The notes under the pieces were generated by a model. That model saw only the letters and a list, made by a program, of their open reading frames with translations, was not told where the DNA came from and searched no databases. DNA of 64,000 nt from the human T2T-CHM13v2.0 reference genome, Homo sapiens, in the NCBI RefSeq assembly GCF_009914755.1, contig NC_060947.1. One strand, given 5' to 3'. Positions 1 to 13,880 of this stretch are shown here, one piece after another (the stretch's first letter is position 1; every line of letters starts with the position of its first letter). The translations under genes were made by a program, and so were the position numbers.

Positions 1-3000
1 TACTCTACTATAGTAGTATATCTGGTGAAAGTATTTCTCAAACATGAAGGAGAAATAAAGACATTCTCAGACAAACAAAAGCTGAGGGACTTCATCAACG
101 CCAGGACTGTCCTGCAAGAAATGCTAAAAGGAGTACTTCTATCAGAAAGAAAAAGACATTAATGAGCAACATGAAAACATCTGAAGGTAGAAAATTCACT
201 AATAATAGTACACACAAATAAAAAATAATATCGTAGCACTGTAACTGTGTTGTGTAAACTACTTTTATTTTAGGTAGAAAGAATAAGCGATGTGACAATT
301 AAAAATAATACTTAAAACAACTTTTCAAGACATAGACAATACAGTAAAATATAAATAGAAACAACACATGTTAAAATGTGGGAGGACAAAGTTAAAGTGT
401 AGAGTTTTTATTATTTTTCTTCTACTTTGTATATACAAACAGTGTTAAGTGTCATCAGCTCAATATAATGGGTTATAAAATAGTATTTGCAAGTCTCATG
501 GTAACCAAAAATCAGGTGCATAAAAATTAAAAGAAAAAATTAAATAATAATATCAGAGAAAACCACCTGCAATTAAAAAAAGGCAGAAGAGAAAGAAAGA
601 GAAAGTAAGAAAGAAGGGAAGTCCAGTAATCAACCAGAAATCAAATAACAAAATGGCAGGAGTAGGTCCTTACATATCAATAATAATATTGAATGTAAAT
701 GGACTAAGCTATCAAATAAAAAGGCATGGGGATGCTGAGTGAATAAAAGCAAGAACCAAGGATGTGTTCCCTACAAGAAACAGACTTCACCTATAAAGAC
801 ACACAGAGACTGAAAATAAATGGAAGGAAAAGACATATTCCATGTCAATAGTAACCAGTAAAGAGGAGGAGTAGCTATACATATATCAGACAAAGTAGGT
901 CTCAAGATAAAAACTTTGAGAAACAGAGAAGGTCACTGTATAAATATAATGGGGATAATTAAGCAAGAAGGTATAACAATTATAAATATATATGCACTCA
1001 ACATAGGAGCACAAAGATATATAAAGCAAATATTAGAATTGAAGAGAAAAATATAATCTCATACAATAATAGCTGGAGACTTCAACACTTCACTTTTCAG
1101 CATTGGACAGATCTTCCAAACAGAAAATAAACGAAGAATTTTATATGCAGTACAGAACAAATAGACCTAAAAGATATTTACAAATTATTTCATCCAATAG
1201 CTATAGAATGCACATTCTTTTCCTCAGTACATGGATCATTCTCAAGGATAGATCATAAGATATGCCACAAAACAAGACTTAAAACATTCAAAAAAATATC
1301 AAGTATCATCTGTAATCACAAAGGAATAAAATTAGAAATCAATAACCAGAGAAATTTTGAAAACTATACATATACATGAAAGTTAAACAACATGCTTGTA
1401 AATGACCAGTGGGTCAATGAAGAAATTAAGAAGGAAATTAAAAAATTTATTGAAATGATTGATAAAGGAAACATAACATACCAGAATCTGTGGGATACAG
1501 TGAAAGTAGTACTAAGAGGGAAAAATTTAAATGAAGGAAATAACAAAAAGGTCAGTGAAACAAAAAGTTGATTTTTTTAAAAGATAAACAAAATTGAGGA
1601 AAGTTTATCCTGACTAACTACAAAAATAGTAAGAAGACCCAAATAATAAAATCAGAGATGAAAAAAGAGACATTAAAACTGATACTGCAGAAATTCAGAG
1701 GATTATTAGTGGCTACTATGAGCAACTATACGCCAATAAACTGGAAAATTTAGAGGAAATGGATAAATTCCTAGACACATACCAACGACAAAGATTGAAC
1801 CATGAAGAAATTTAAAATGTGAACAGACCAATAACAAGTAATGAGATGGAAGCTATAATAAAAAGACTCCAAACAAAGAAAAGTCTGGGATCCAATGGCT
1901 TCTTTGCTGAATTTTACCAGGCATTTAAAGAATTCAATAACACCAGCATTGCCCTGATATCAAAACCAGAGGAAGACAAAGCGAAAAAAGAAAACTAGAA
2001 GCCAATGAATATCCCTGATGAATATTGAAGAAAAAATCCTCCACAAAGTACTAGCAGACTGGATTCAACAATACATTAGAAAAATCATCCATCATGATGA
2101 AGTGGGATTTATCCTCAGGATGCAAGTATGGTTCAACATACAGAATCTAATCAATGTGATACATCATATAGTAGAATAAAGGACAGAAACCATATGATTA
2201 TTTCAATTGATGTATTATAGAAAAAGTATTTGATAATATTCAAAATTCTTTCACAATCCAAACTCTCAAAACACTTATTATAAAAGGAACATACCTAAAC
2301 ATAAATGAAAGCCATATATGACAGACACATAAGTAGTATCATTTGAAATAAGGAAAACCAGAAAACCTTTCCTCTACTATCTGCAACAAGACAAGGATAT
2401 CCACTGTCACTACTGTTTTTCAACATGGTACTAGAAGACTTATTTAGAGCAATAAGACAAGAGAAAGAAATAAAGAACATCCAAATTGGAGATAAAGAAG
2501 TCAAATTATCCTTGTTTGCAGGTGATATGATCTTATATTTGGAAAAAACCTAAAGAATCCACCACAAAACTATTCCAACTGATAAATTCAGGAAATTCAC
2601 AGTACACATTACTAATATACAAAATTAGTACCATTTCTACATGACAACAGCAAAAAAATCTGTGAAAGAAATCCAGAAGGTAATGCCATTTACAACAGCT
2701 ACACATAAAACAAAATACCTAGGCATTCTTTTGACCAAATAAGTGAAAGATCTCTACAATAAAAATTATAAACTATTGATGCTAGAAAGTGAAGAAGAAA
2801 CAAAAATGAAAAGATATTTCATCTTCATGGATAGGATAATTCAATACTTTAAAAATGTCCATAATACCCAAAGCAATCAACAGATACAATACAATTCCCG
2901 TAAAAATACCAATGACCTTCCTAACAAAAATAGAATAAATAATGTAAAAATATATATGGAGTAACAATGACACAGAATAGCCAAAGCTATCCTAGGCAAA

Positions 3001-4200
3001 AAGAACAAAACTGGAGGAATCATGGTAACTGACTCTAAATTATACTACAGAGCTATCTATAGTAACCAAAACAGTATGGTACTGGCATGAGAAACAGACA
3101 CATATACCAATTGAACAGAGGAAATAATCCAGAGATAAGTCCATACATCTACAGTAAACTCATTTTTGACAAAGATGTCAAGAACATACATTGGAAAAGG
3201 GGAAGCATCTCCAATAAATGGCGCTGGGGAACCTGGCAGTCCATATGCAGATACTTAAACTACACGCCTGTCTCTCCCCATATATCAAAATAAAATAAAA
3301 ATGGATTAAATACTTAAATCTAAGACTTCTTCTATGAAATAGATTGAGAAACTCTCCATGACATTGGACTGGGCAAATATTTCTTGAACAATATCTTGTG
3401 AGAACTGACAACCAAAACAAAAATGGACAAGTGGAATTACATTAAGTTAAAAGTCCTCTGCACAGTAAAGAGACAACAAAGTGAAGAGACACCCCACAGG
3501 ATGGGAGTAAATATTTGCAAAATATTCATCTGACAAAGGATTAATAATTACATTATATAAGAAGCTCAAACAACTCTACAGAAAAAATACAATCCAATTT
3601 TAAAATGAAGAAAAGATCTGAATAGATATTTCTCAAAAAATACATGCAAATATTAAATAGTTATATGCCAAGGTGCTCAATATCATTGATCATCAGAAAA
3701 ATGCAAAGACTACAGTGAGATATTATCTTACCCCATATAAAATTACTCTTATCCAAAAGTCAGGCAATAACAAATGCAGGTAAGAATATGGAGAAAAGGG
3801 ATCCCTTGTACATTGTTGGTAGGAATGCGAATTAGTACAACCATTATGGAGAACAATTTGGAAGTTCCTCAAAAGGTAAAGATAGAGGTACTATATGATT
3901 CAGCAATCTCACTGCTAGGTATATACTCAAAAGAAAGAAAATCAGTATCAAAGAGATATCTGCAGTCCCGTGTTTATGGGGGCATTATTAATAATAACCA
4001 AGATTTGGAAGCCATCTAAATGTCCATCAACAGATGAATCAATAAAAATTATACTATATTTACACAATGGAGTACTATTCAGCCACAAAAATAATTAGAA
4101 CCTGTCATTTGTAACAACATGAATGGAACACGTGGTTATTATGTTAAGCGAAATAAGCCAGGCATAGAAAGGCAAACTTCATACTTTCTCACTTATTTTT
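1..4200 (+). mobile_element. LINE-1 (L1MA1-3-like): end of ORF1, decayed ORF2, start of 3'UTR; interrupted at 4200
   Basis: ORF2 start region (aaatggcaggagtagg...ttgaatgtaaatggact), EN/RT remnants with many stops and indels, and typical 3' end text that resumes at 9072. Confidence 0.9.
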
Positions 4201-7200
4201 TCATTTATTTATTTTATTTATTTTTCCATAAGTTATTGGGGTACAGGTGGTATTTGGTTATATGAATAAGTTCTTTAGTGGTGATTTGTGAGATTTTGGC
4301 GCACGCATCACCTGAGCAGTATTCCCTGCACCATATTTGTAGTCTTTTATCCCTTGCCCCCCTCCCACTCTACCCCCCAATTCCCCAAAGTCCATTGTAT
4401 CATTCTTACACCTTTGTATCCTCATAGCTTATCTCCCACATATCAGTGAGAACATACAATGTTTGATCTTCCATTCCTGAGTTACTTCACTTAGAATAAT
4501 AGTCTCCAGTCTCATCCAGTCACTGCAAATGCTGTTAATTCATACCTTTTTATGGCTGCGTAGTATTCCATTATATATATCACAGTTTCTTTATCCACTC
4601 ATTGATTGATTGGCATTTGGGTTGGCTCCACAATTTTGCAATTGTAAATTGTGCTCCTATAAACATTCATGTGCAAGTATCTTTTTTGAATAATAACTTC
4701 TTTCCCTTTGGGTAGATACCCAGTAGTCAGATTGCTGGATCAAATGGTAGTTGTACTTTTAGTTCTTTAAGGAATCTCCATACTGATTTCTATAGTGGCT
4801 GTACTTGTTTACATTCCCACCAGCAGTGTAGAAGTGTTGATCATGATGGATTATATTTTTGATATGTTGATGGAATCAGTTAGCTTGTATTTTGTTAAGG
4901 ATTTTAGCATCCATGTTCATCAAGGATATCAGTCTGTAGTTTTCTTTTTTGGTTGTGTCCTTTTCTGGTTTTGGTATTAGGGTGATGCTGGCTTTATGGA
5001 ATTAATTAGGGAGGTTTCCTTCTTTCTCTATCTTGTGGAATAGTGTCAAAATACTTGGTGCCAATTCTTCTTTGACTGTCTGGTAGAATTCTGCTGTGAA
5101 TCTGTCTGCTCCTGGACATTTTTGTTGGTAATTTATTAATTACAATTTCAATCTCACTGCTTGTTATTGGTCTATTCAGGGTATCTAAATCTTCCTGATT
5201 TAAGGTAGGAGGGTTGTATTTTTTCCAGGAATTCATCCATCTCTTCTAGGTTTTCCAGTTTATTTGTGTAAAGGTGTTCATACTAGCCTTGAATGATCTT
5301 TTGTATTTCAGTGGTGTCAATTGTAATATCTCCTGTTTCATTTCTTAATGAGGTTACTTGGATTTTCTCTCTTCTTGGTTAATCTTGCTAATGGTCTATC
5401 AATTTTATTTATCTTTTCAAAGAACCAGCCTTTTGTTTTACTTATCTTTTGTATTTTTTGTTTGTTTGTTTCTATTTCATCTAGTTCTGCTCTGATCTTG
5501 GTTATTTCCTTTCTTCTGCTGGGTTTGGGTTTGGTTTGTTGTTCTTGTTTTTCTAGTTCCTTTGGGTGTGATCTTAGATTGTGCTCTTTCAGATTTTTTG
5601 ATGTAGGCCTTTAGGGCTATGAACTTTACTATTAGCACTGCCTTCGCTGTATCCCAGAGGTTTTTATAGGTTGTGTCACTAGTGTCATTCAGCTTGAAGA
5701 ATTTTTTAATTTCCATCTTGATTTCATTTTTGAAATTTTCCATCTTGATTTCATTCAGAAGCAGGTTATTTAATTTCCATGTATTTGCATGGTTTTGGAG
5801 GTTCCTTTAGGAGTTGATTTCCAGTTTTATTCCACTGTGGTCTGAGAGAGTGCCTGATGTAATTTCAATTTTCTTAAATTTATTAAGGCTCATTTTATGG
5901 CCCATCACATAGTCTATCTTGGAGAAAGTTCCATGTGCTATTGAATCATGTGTATTCTGCAGTTTTTGGATGAAATGTTATGTATATATATATATATATC
6001 TGTTAAGTCCATTTGTTCCAAGTTATAGTTTAAATCCATTGTTTCTTTGTTGCCTTTCTTTCTTGATGACCTGTCTAATGCTGTCAGTGGAGTATTGAAG
6101 TCCCCCACTATTATTGTGTTGCTGTCTATCTCATTTCTTAAGTCTATTAGTAATTGTTTTAAACATTTGAGATCTCCAGTGTTAGATGCATATATGTTTA
6201 GGATTCTGATATTTTCCTGTCGGACGGGCATTTTGCCATTATATAATGTCCATCTTTGTCTCTTTTAAATATTGTTGCTTTAAAGTTTGTTTTATCTGAT
6301 ATAAGAATAGCTCCCCCCGCTCACTTTTGGTGTCCATTTGCATGAAATGCCTTTTTCTACCTCTTTAAGTTTATGTGAGTTCTTATGTGTTAGATAAGTC
6401 TCCTGAAGGCAGCAGATATTTGGTTCATGAGTTCTTATCCATTCTGCACTTCTGTGTCTTTTAAGTGGAGCATTTAGGCCATTTACATTCAATGTTAGTA
6501 TTGAAATGTGAGGTACCATTGCGTTAATCATGCTCTTTGTTGCCTGTGTACTTTTATTCGTTTTTTGTTTTTTTTTTTTTTTCTTTTTAACTTGTATTTT
6601 TGTTTTATAGGTCCTGTGTGATTTATGCTTTAAAGAGGTTCTGGTTTGATGGGTTTCCAGGATTTGTTTCAAGATTTAGAGCTCCTTTTCACAATTCTTG
6701 TAGTGGTGGCTTGGTAATGGCAAATTCTCAGATCATTTGTTTGTCTGAAAATGACTGTATCTTTCCTTCATGTATGATGCTTAGATTCACTGGATACAAA
6801 ATTCTTGGCTGATAATTGTTTTGCTTGAGGCGGTTGAAGATAGGGCCCAATCCCTTCTAGCTTGTAGAGTTTCTGCTGAGATATCTGCTGTTAATCTAAT
6901 AGGTTACCCTTTATAGGTTACCTGGTGCTTCTGTCTCACAGCTCTTAAGATTCTTTCCTTTGTCTTAACTTTGGATAACCTGAGGAAAATGTGTGTAGTT
7001 GAAGATCTTTTAGCAATGAATTTCCCAGGTGTTCTTTGTGCTTCTTGTATTTGCATGTCTAGGTCTCTAGCAAGGCCAGGCAAGTTTTCCTTGATTATTC
7101 CCCCAAATATGTTTTCCAAGCTTTTAGAATTGTCTACTTCTTCAGGTACATTGTTTATTCTTAGGTTTGGTCATTTAACACAGTCCCAGACTTCTTGGAG

Positions 7201-9058
7201 GCTTAGTTCATATTTTCTTATTCTTTTTTCTTTGTCTTTGTTGGATTGAGTTAATTCAAAGACCTTGTCTTCAAGTTCTGAATTTCTTTCTTCTATTTGT
7301 TCAATTCTATTGCTGAGACTTTCCAGAGCATTTTCCATTTCTAAAAGTATGTCTGCAGTTTCCCAAATTTTTTATTGTTTTTTCTTTAAACTACCTATTT
7401 CCTTGAATATCTCTCCCTTCATTTCTTGTATCCTTTTTTTTGGATTTCTTTGCATTGGGCTTTGCCTTTCTCTTGTCCTTCCCTGATTAGCTTAATAACT
7501 AACCTCCTGAATTCTTTTTCAGGTAAATCATGAATTTCTTCTTGGTTTGGATCCATGGCTGGTGAACTAGTGTGATTTTTGGGGGGTGTTGAAGAGCCTT
7601 GTTTTGTCATATTACTAGGGTTGGTTTTCTGGTTTTTTCTCATTTGGGTGGGCTCTGTCAGAGGGAAGGTCTAGGACTGAAGGCTATTGTTCAGAATTTT
7701 TGTCTCACAGAGTGTTCCCTTGATGTAGTACTCTCCCCCTTTTCCAGTGGATGTGGCTTCCTGTGAGCCAAGCTGCAGTGATTGTTGTCTCTCTTCTGGG
7801 TCTAGCCACCCAGCAAGTCTACCCAGCTCCGGGCTGGTACTGGGGGTTGTCTGCACAGAGTCCTGTGATGTGAACCATCTATGGGTCTCTCAGCTATGGA
7901 TACCAGTTCCTGTTCTGGTGGAGGTGGCAGAGGGTGCAATGGACTCCATGAGGGTCCTTAGCTTTGGTAGTTTAATGCTCTATTTTTGTGCTGGTTGGCC
8001 TCCTGTCAGTAGGTGGGGTTTTCCAGAAAGCATCAGTTGTAGTAGTGTGGACAGGGACTGGTGGTGGGCAGGGCCCTAGAACTCCCAAGATTAAATGCCT
8101 TTTTTCTTTTGCTACCAGGGTGGATAGGGAAGGACCATCAGGTGGGGGCAGGCTAGGCATGTCTGAGCTCAAGACTCTCCTTGGGTGGGTCTTGCTATGG
8201 CTGCTGTAGGGGATGGGGATGAGATTCCAAGTTCACTGGAGTTGTGTACCTAGGAGGATTATGACTGCCTCTTCTGAGTCATGCTGGTTGTCAGGGAAGT
8301 GGGGGAAAGCTGGCAGTAACAGGCCTCATCCAGCTCCCAGGCAAACTGAAGGGCTGGTCTCACTCTCACTGTGCTTCTCCCAACAGCCCTGAGTCTGTTT
8401 CCAGACGGAGGGTGAGATGGGCTTAAAAATTTGCCTGAGGTTTTTCTGCCTCTCAGCTGTGAAGGAAAAGGGCTTTAGCTCTTCCCCATGTCTGTGAAGT
8501 CTGCATGTTGGATTCCCACCCTCCTTCGAGTTCTGGCCAGGAGGCTTCTCGCCCTGTTCAAATTATTACACAGTTCAGCTAGAGAATTTTTTCTCCCTTT
8601 GGAGTTTTACCCCTGCTCCTCTGGCCATCCTCCTGATGGATCCCTGTGGTGTCAGGCAGGAATGGACTGCTTGAAGACCCAGCGAGCTCCCAGGGCCTTT
8701 CTGCTGCTTCTTCTACCCCTGTATTTCACTCGGCTTGGCTCTGCAACTTGACTTAGCTCCAGATAAAGTCAGAAACTTCTCCTGCAAATAGGCCTTCAGC
8801 TTTTCCAGTGCGGGGGTGTGTTTGGGAGAGGAGGGTCTCCCTTTCCCACTTCCGCAGTTGGGGCACTCGCAGTATTTGGGGTTTCTCCTGGGTCCTGCAG
8901 GAGCAGTCTGCTTACTTCAGAGGATCCTCCCAGGATTGCTGGTTTGTTTTTGGAGTTGATCTGGAATTAAACTTCACAATGCAAGCCTCCACATGCAACT
9001 CTGTCTAGAGCTGCAATCTAGTCCTGCCTCCCATCTGCCAGGATCCCTCAGTAATACC
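4201..9058 (-). mobile_element. LINE-1 L1PB1/L1PBa-like with 5'UTR, ORF1 and internally deleted ORF2
   Basis: 13-bp TSD ctcacttattttt at 4188-4200 and 9059-9071; T-rich tail at 4201; ORF1-like peptides (6904-7119, 7419-7643) and EN-like peptides (5938-6231, 6292-6672); L1PBa-type 5' end ggcagatgggaggcaggactagattgcagctc. Confidence 0.9.
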
Positions 9059-9071
9059 CTCACTTATTTTT

Positions 9072-9452
9072 GAGAGCTAAAAATCAAAACAATTGAACTC
9101 ATGCAGATAGAGAGTAGAAGGATGGTTACCAGATGCTGGGAAGTGTAGTGGGAGATGAGGGAGGAAGTAGGGATCAGTATTTGGTATAAAAACATAGAAA
9201 GAATAAATAAGACTTAGTATTTGTCAGGACAACAGGGTGACTTAGTAAAAAATAATTTATTTGTACATTTTAAAAATAACTAAAAGAGTAAAATTGGATT
9301 GTTTGTAACATAAAGAATAAATGGTTGAGGTGATTAATACCTCATTTATCCTGATTTGATTATTACACATTGTATGCCTGTATCAAAATATCTCATGTAC
9401 CACATGAGTATTAACTTACCTGGTCCCTAAAAAATAAAAGATAAATTAAAAA
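9072..9452 (+). mobile_element. 3' end of the host L1MA element
   Basis: gagctaaaaatcaaaacaattgaactcatg...gatggttaccaga continues the 3'UTR broken at 4200 and ends in an A-rich tail. Confidence 0.85.
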
Positions 9453-10139
9453 TATAATTTTAGGTGTATAATACTACTATGTTTTCAAAAATAATATGTA
9501 TTATTTCAAGGTATATATTTAAGTATTTGCGGATAGGATAAAAAATGAAGAAGGGCAATTGATGAATCAGCACTGGCCATATATTGATAAAAATTGGGTG
9601 GTGGCTATACATATAAAGGCTAATCATATCTTTCTATCTTTGTATATATTTGAAATTTTCTATACTAATGAATTTAGTAGAAATCCTCTGGGTAGTACAA
9701 AATAGATTTTCATTTTCTCCAGTGGGTTGCATCTTTTTAAAGACTATTTTAAAAAGCCTCTAATGGTGACACAGATTCCCACATAGCTCCAATAGTTTAA
9801 TTTGTCTCTATTTTCCACTCCATTCTTTCCTCCACCACAGGGTCCTGGCTGTATTTTAACATTCCCCTGCAATGTCAAGGTCTGGAATTCTGTAGGGCAA
9901 GAAGGCTCTTCATAGTCCTCTTTTAGATAAGATTTGGTTCTTCTATGTTCTCTGAAGAAAAGCATGTAGAAGACAACCCACCTCTTCTATTGATCTTATT
10001 TATTTCCTATCATATTGTTGCTTTTCTGTATTATTTTGTTAGACCATTTCTCATATATGTGCACAGACAGGAAGGAAAGATATACACGAATGGAACATGA
10101 AACACTCATTTTTAAAGGTAGAAAATTATAGACACCCAG

Positions 10140-10380
10140 GGGAGTGAGTCAGATTATCTGGACCCAAATCCCAGTACCATGAATTACTAGCTTCATGACT
10201 TTGGCACATTTTTCTGTACTATAAAATGGAATTAATAAAAGTATCTGCCTAATATGATAATAGGATACATTGTACATAGTATCCCATATTATATAGTATC
10301 CCAAGATAATGAAATAATGCATGTAAAGCACATGGCCTATATTAAACACTCAAAACATAGTAGCTATTATTACTATATCT
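10140..10380 (+). mobile_element. MIR SINE
   Basis: gagtcaga...aaatcccag, tataaaatggaattaataa, aataatgcatgtaaagcac, tagctattatta match the MIR core and tail. Confidence 0.7.
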
Positions 10381-10814
10381 TCACTGGCATTGTATCTTGC
10401 TATTTATCAATTGACAGGTGAAAAACTTTCTATTGTAATTTGTATCTCGTCAATTATTGGATTATTATTTATTTGTCTGATTTTTCTTCTGTGTATTTTT
10501 CATTCCAATCATTTATTCAATTTTGCTGATCAAGTAGTGTTTTTCTTGTTGAATAAGTAACCACTGAACAAAATAAGAAAGTAGTGAGGCTGTTTTTTAT
10601 TTTTATTTAGTTTTTTTATTTAGTTTTTATTTTATTTTTATTTTTTTAGCAGAAAGTGCAAGATTGACCTCAATTTATTCAAATTCAGAATTTGTAAGAT
10701 GGGTCCAATGCTGAGATGGGGAAAGACCCAGAATCAAGCCTTAAGAAACTTCAACATATTTTTTCAGTCTTGACTATCAGAGTTATGCTAGAGTTGAAAA
10801 ATGAACTGGAAGGT

Positions 10815-11050
10815 GCAGCCTTTTCAGAAACAGGCTAGCAGTTCCTGGAAAAGTTAAACATAAAGCTACCATATGACCCAGCAATTCCATTCCTAGTATC
10901 TACCTAAGGGAAATAAAAACATATATCCACAACAAAACTTGTACAAAAATTTTCATGGCAGCATTATGCATAGTATCCCACAAGTGGAAACAACACAAAT
11001 TTCCATCAGTTGATTATTGGAAAAAACAAAATGTGGTATATGTATAAAAT
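10815..11050 (+). mobile_element. Old L1M fragment (ORF2 end / 3'UTR)
   Basis: ctaccatatgacccagcaattcc, gcagcattat, aaaatgtggtatat motifs. Confidence 0.7.
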
Positions 11051-11444
11051 ATATCACCCTGCTTTTATGTTTCTAAATAATCTTTTCATTAAACTTTTTT
11101 CAGTTAAACCCTTTGAGTATGCCATTTACTTTTTCTTTGGACACTGATTGTTAGAGTGGGTTAAGAGTTTTGCACAATTGTCTTTATAATTTAAACAATT
11201 TTTTTTATTTCTGGTTAAATCGTATTTCTTATCCCTAAAACTTATATTGTATCTATTATTGTTAAATATTAATATCATTAATAACTTACTCAATTCCTTT
11301 AATATATATAAGCCTATTCAGATTATGTAATTTTTTTGGTGTGAGACATGGCAGATTGTGTCTTTCAAGAACTTTGTCCATTTCATGAAGATTATCAACT
11401 TTGTGTGCATAGAGCTGTTTAAGATATTCCTTTCAAAAATAAAT

Positions 11445-11446
11445 TC

Positions 11447-11497
<51 letters not shown>

Positions 11498-11518
11498 CTC
11501 TCTCTCTCTCTCCCTCTC

Positions 11519-11553
<35 letters not shown>

Positions 11554-11848
11554 CTTTCTTTTTTCGACAGAGCCTCACTTCATCACCCTGGCTGGAGTGC
11601 AGTGGTGCAATCTCAGCTCACTACAACCCCTCTTCCCAGGTCCAAGGGATTCTTTTGCCTCAGCAACCTGAATAGCTGGGATTATAGGTGTATGCCACCA
11701 CTCCTGGCTAATTTTTCTTGTGTTTTTAGTAAAGGCAGGGTTTCACCATATGGGCCAGACTGGTCTTGAACTCCCAAGTTCAAGGGATCCTCCCACCTCA
11801 GCCTCCCAATGTACTGGGATTACAGGTGTGAGCTACCGCCCCTGGTCA
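11445..11848 (-). mobile_element. Old Alu (AluJ/early AluS) whose tail has become a (TTTC)n/(CT)n microsatellite (11445-11564)
   Basis: ggctggagtgcagtgg...ctgggattacaggtgtgagc dimer in reverse orientation; compound tetranucleotide repeat at its 3' end. Confidence 0.9.
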
Positions 11849-12553
11849 CCTTTATAATATATATTTTTCTACCAAAAAACACATGTACTCATATGTTTAT
11901 TGCAGCACTATTCACAATAACAAAGACATGAAATCAACCCAGATCCCCATCAACAGTGAACTGGATAAAGAAACTGTAGTAAGGGGAGACCTGGGGAGAA
12001 CCAAGAAAAGACATTGAGTTTGAGGCGGTGCTGAGATAGGATCATGAAGGAAGAGGTGAAGGGAATTCTTATAAGAGTGGCGCTGTGTTGTTGCCCTCTG
12101 GTCCCCAAAGAGATTATCGAGGGCTGCTGCCAGATATGCCTTTCCTTCGTGCCCAGGGAGCCTCAGGTAGTGGTTGGTACTGATAAATCCTTGAACTGTG
12201 ATTTTGTGTTTGACCCCAGTAATGAACAGGAAGAAGTCTTCAATACAGCAGTAGCACCACTCATAAAAGGCATATTTAAATGATATAATGCAACGGTCCT
12301 GGCCTATGGGCAGACTTGCTCTGGAAAAACACATATTCAATGGGAGGTGCATACACTGCAGAGAAAGAGAAGGAATCAACAGTTGGGGTTATTCCTAGGG
12401 TAATACAACTGCTCTTCAAAGAAACTGATAAAAAGAGTGACTTGGAATTTACTCTGAACATGTCTTACTTAAAGATTTACAGTGAAGAAATTTTGGATCT
12501 TCTATGCCCTTCTTGTGAGAAAGCTCAAATAAATATATGGGACGATCCTAAGG

Positions 12554-12705
12554 TTATTGATTTCTAATTTTATTCCTTTGTGATTACAGATGATACTTCA
12601 TATTATTTTATTTTTTTTAATGTTTTAAGACTTGTTTTGTGGCATACCTTATGATCTATCCTTGAGAATGATCCATGTACTCAGGAAAAGAATGTGTATT
12701 CTATA
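12554..12705 (-). mobile_element. 152-bp internal L1M ORF2 (EN region) fragment inside KIF4 coding sequence
   Basis: Interrupts gatcctaagg|gcataaagattgtg (DPK/GIKIV); aligns by eye to the L1M segment at about 20672-20825 of this window; no TSD and no tail. Confidence 0.8.
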
Positions 12706-13370
12706 GCATAAAGATTGTGATACTCACTGAGCAGACTGTTTTAGTTGCCTTGGATACTGTTTCCTATTTGGAGCAGCGCAACAACTTTAGGACTGTGGCC
12801 TCCACAGCTATGAACCCCCAGTCATCCCAATCTCATGCCATCTTTACAATCTCCATAGAGCAGAGAAAGAAAAGTGACAAGAATAGCAGCTTTCGCTCCA
12901 AGCTACATCTTGTAGACCTCGCTGGATCAGAAAGAGAGAAGAAAACCAAGGCTGAAGGGGATCATCTAAAAGAGGGTATTAATATTAACCGAGGCCTTCT
13001 ATGCTTGGGAAATGTAATCAGTGCTCTTGGAGAAGACAAAAAGGGTGACTTTGTGTCCTACGGAGATTCCAAGTTGGCTCGACTGCTTCAAGGTTCTCTA
13101 AGTGGTAATAACCATACTCTTATAATAGGCTGTGTGAGTCCTGCTGGCTCCAATCTAGAGGAAACTAAATACCCTTCGCTATGCTGACAGAGCAAGAAAA
13201 ACCAGGAACAAACCTGTTGTTAATATTGATCGCCAGATAGTTGAACTTAATCATCTAAAGCAACAGGTACAACAGCTACAAGTCTGGTTCCTACAAGCCC
13301 ATGGAGGTACCCTGCCTGGATCTATAAATGTGTAACCATCAGAAAATCTACAATCCCTGATGGAGAATAA

Positions 13371-13790
<420 letters not shown>

Positions 13791-13880
13791 CTAGAAGAGC
13801 TAAGGCAGCATGCAGCCAGAAAACTGGATCTTCAAAAGCTAGTGGAGGCTTAGGAAGACCAGAAATGGAAAGAAAATGTA

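Noticed and set aside
11318-11675. Lys/Glu/Arg-rich and Phe/Leu/Ser-rich ORFs
   Set aside because: Translations of the (TTTC)n microsatellite and Alu
12675-13187. 170-aa ORF with kinesin switch motifs as a functional gene
   Set aside because: It starts inside the L1M patch, lacks the P-loop, ends in a frameshift, and the upstream frame has a stop at 12281; it is a pseudogene fragment
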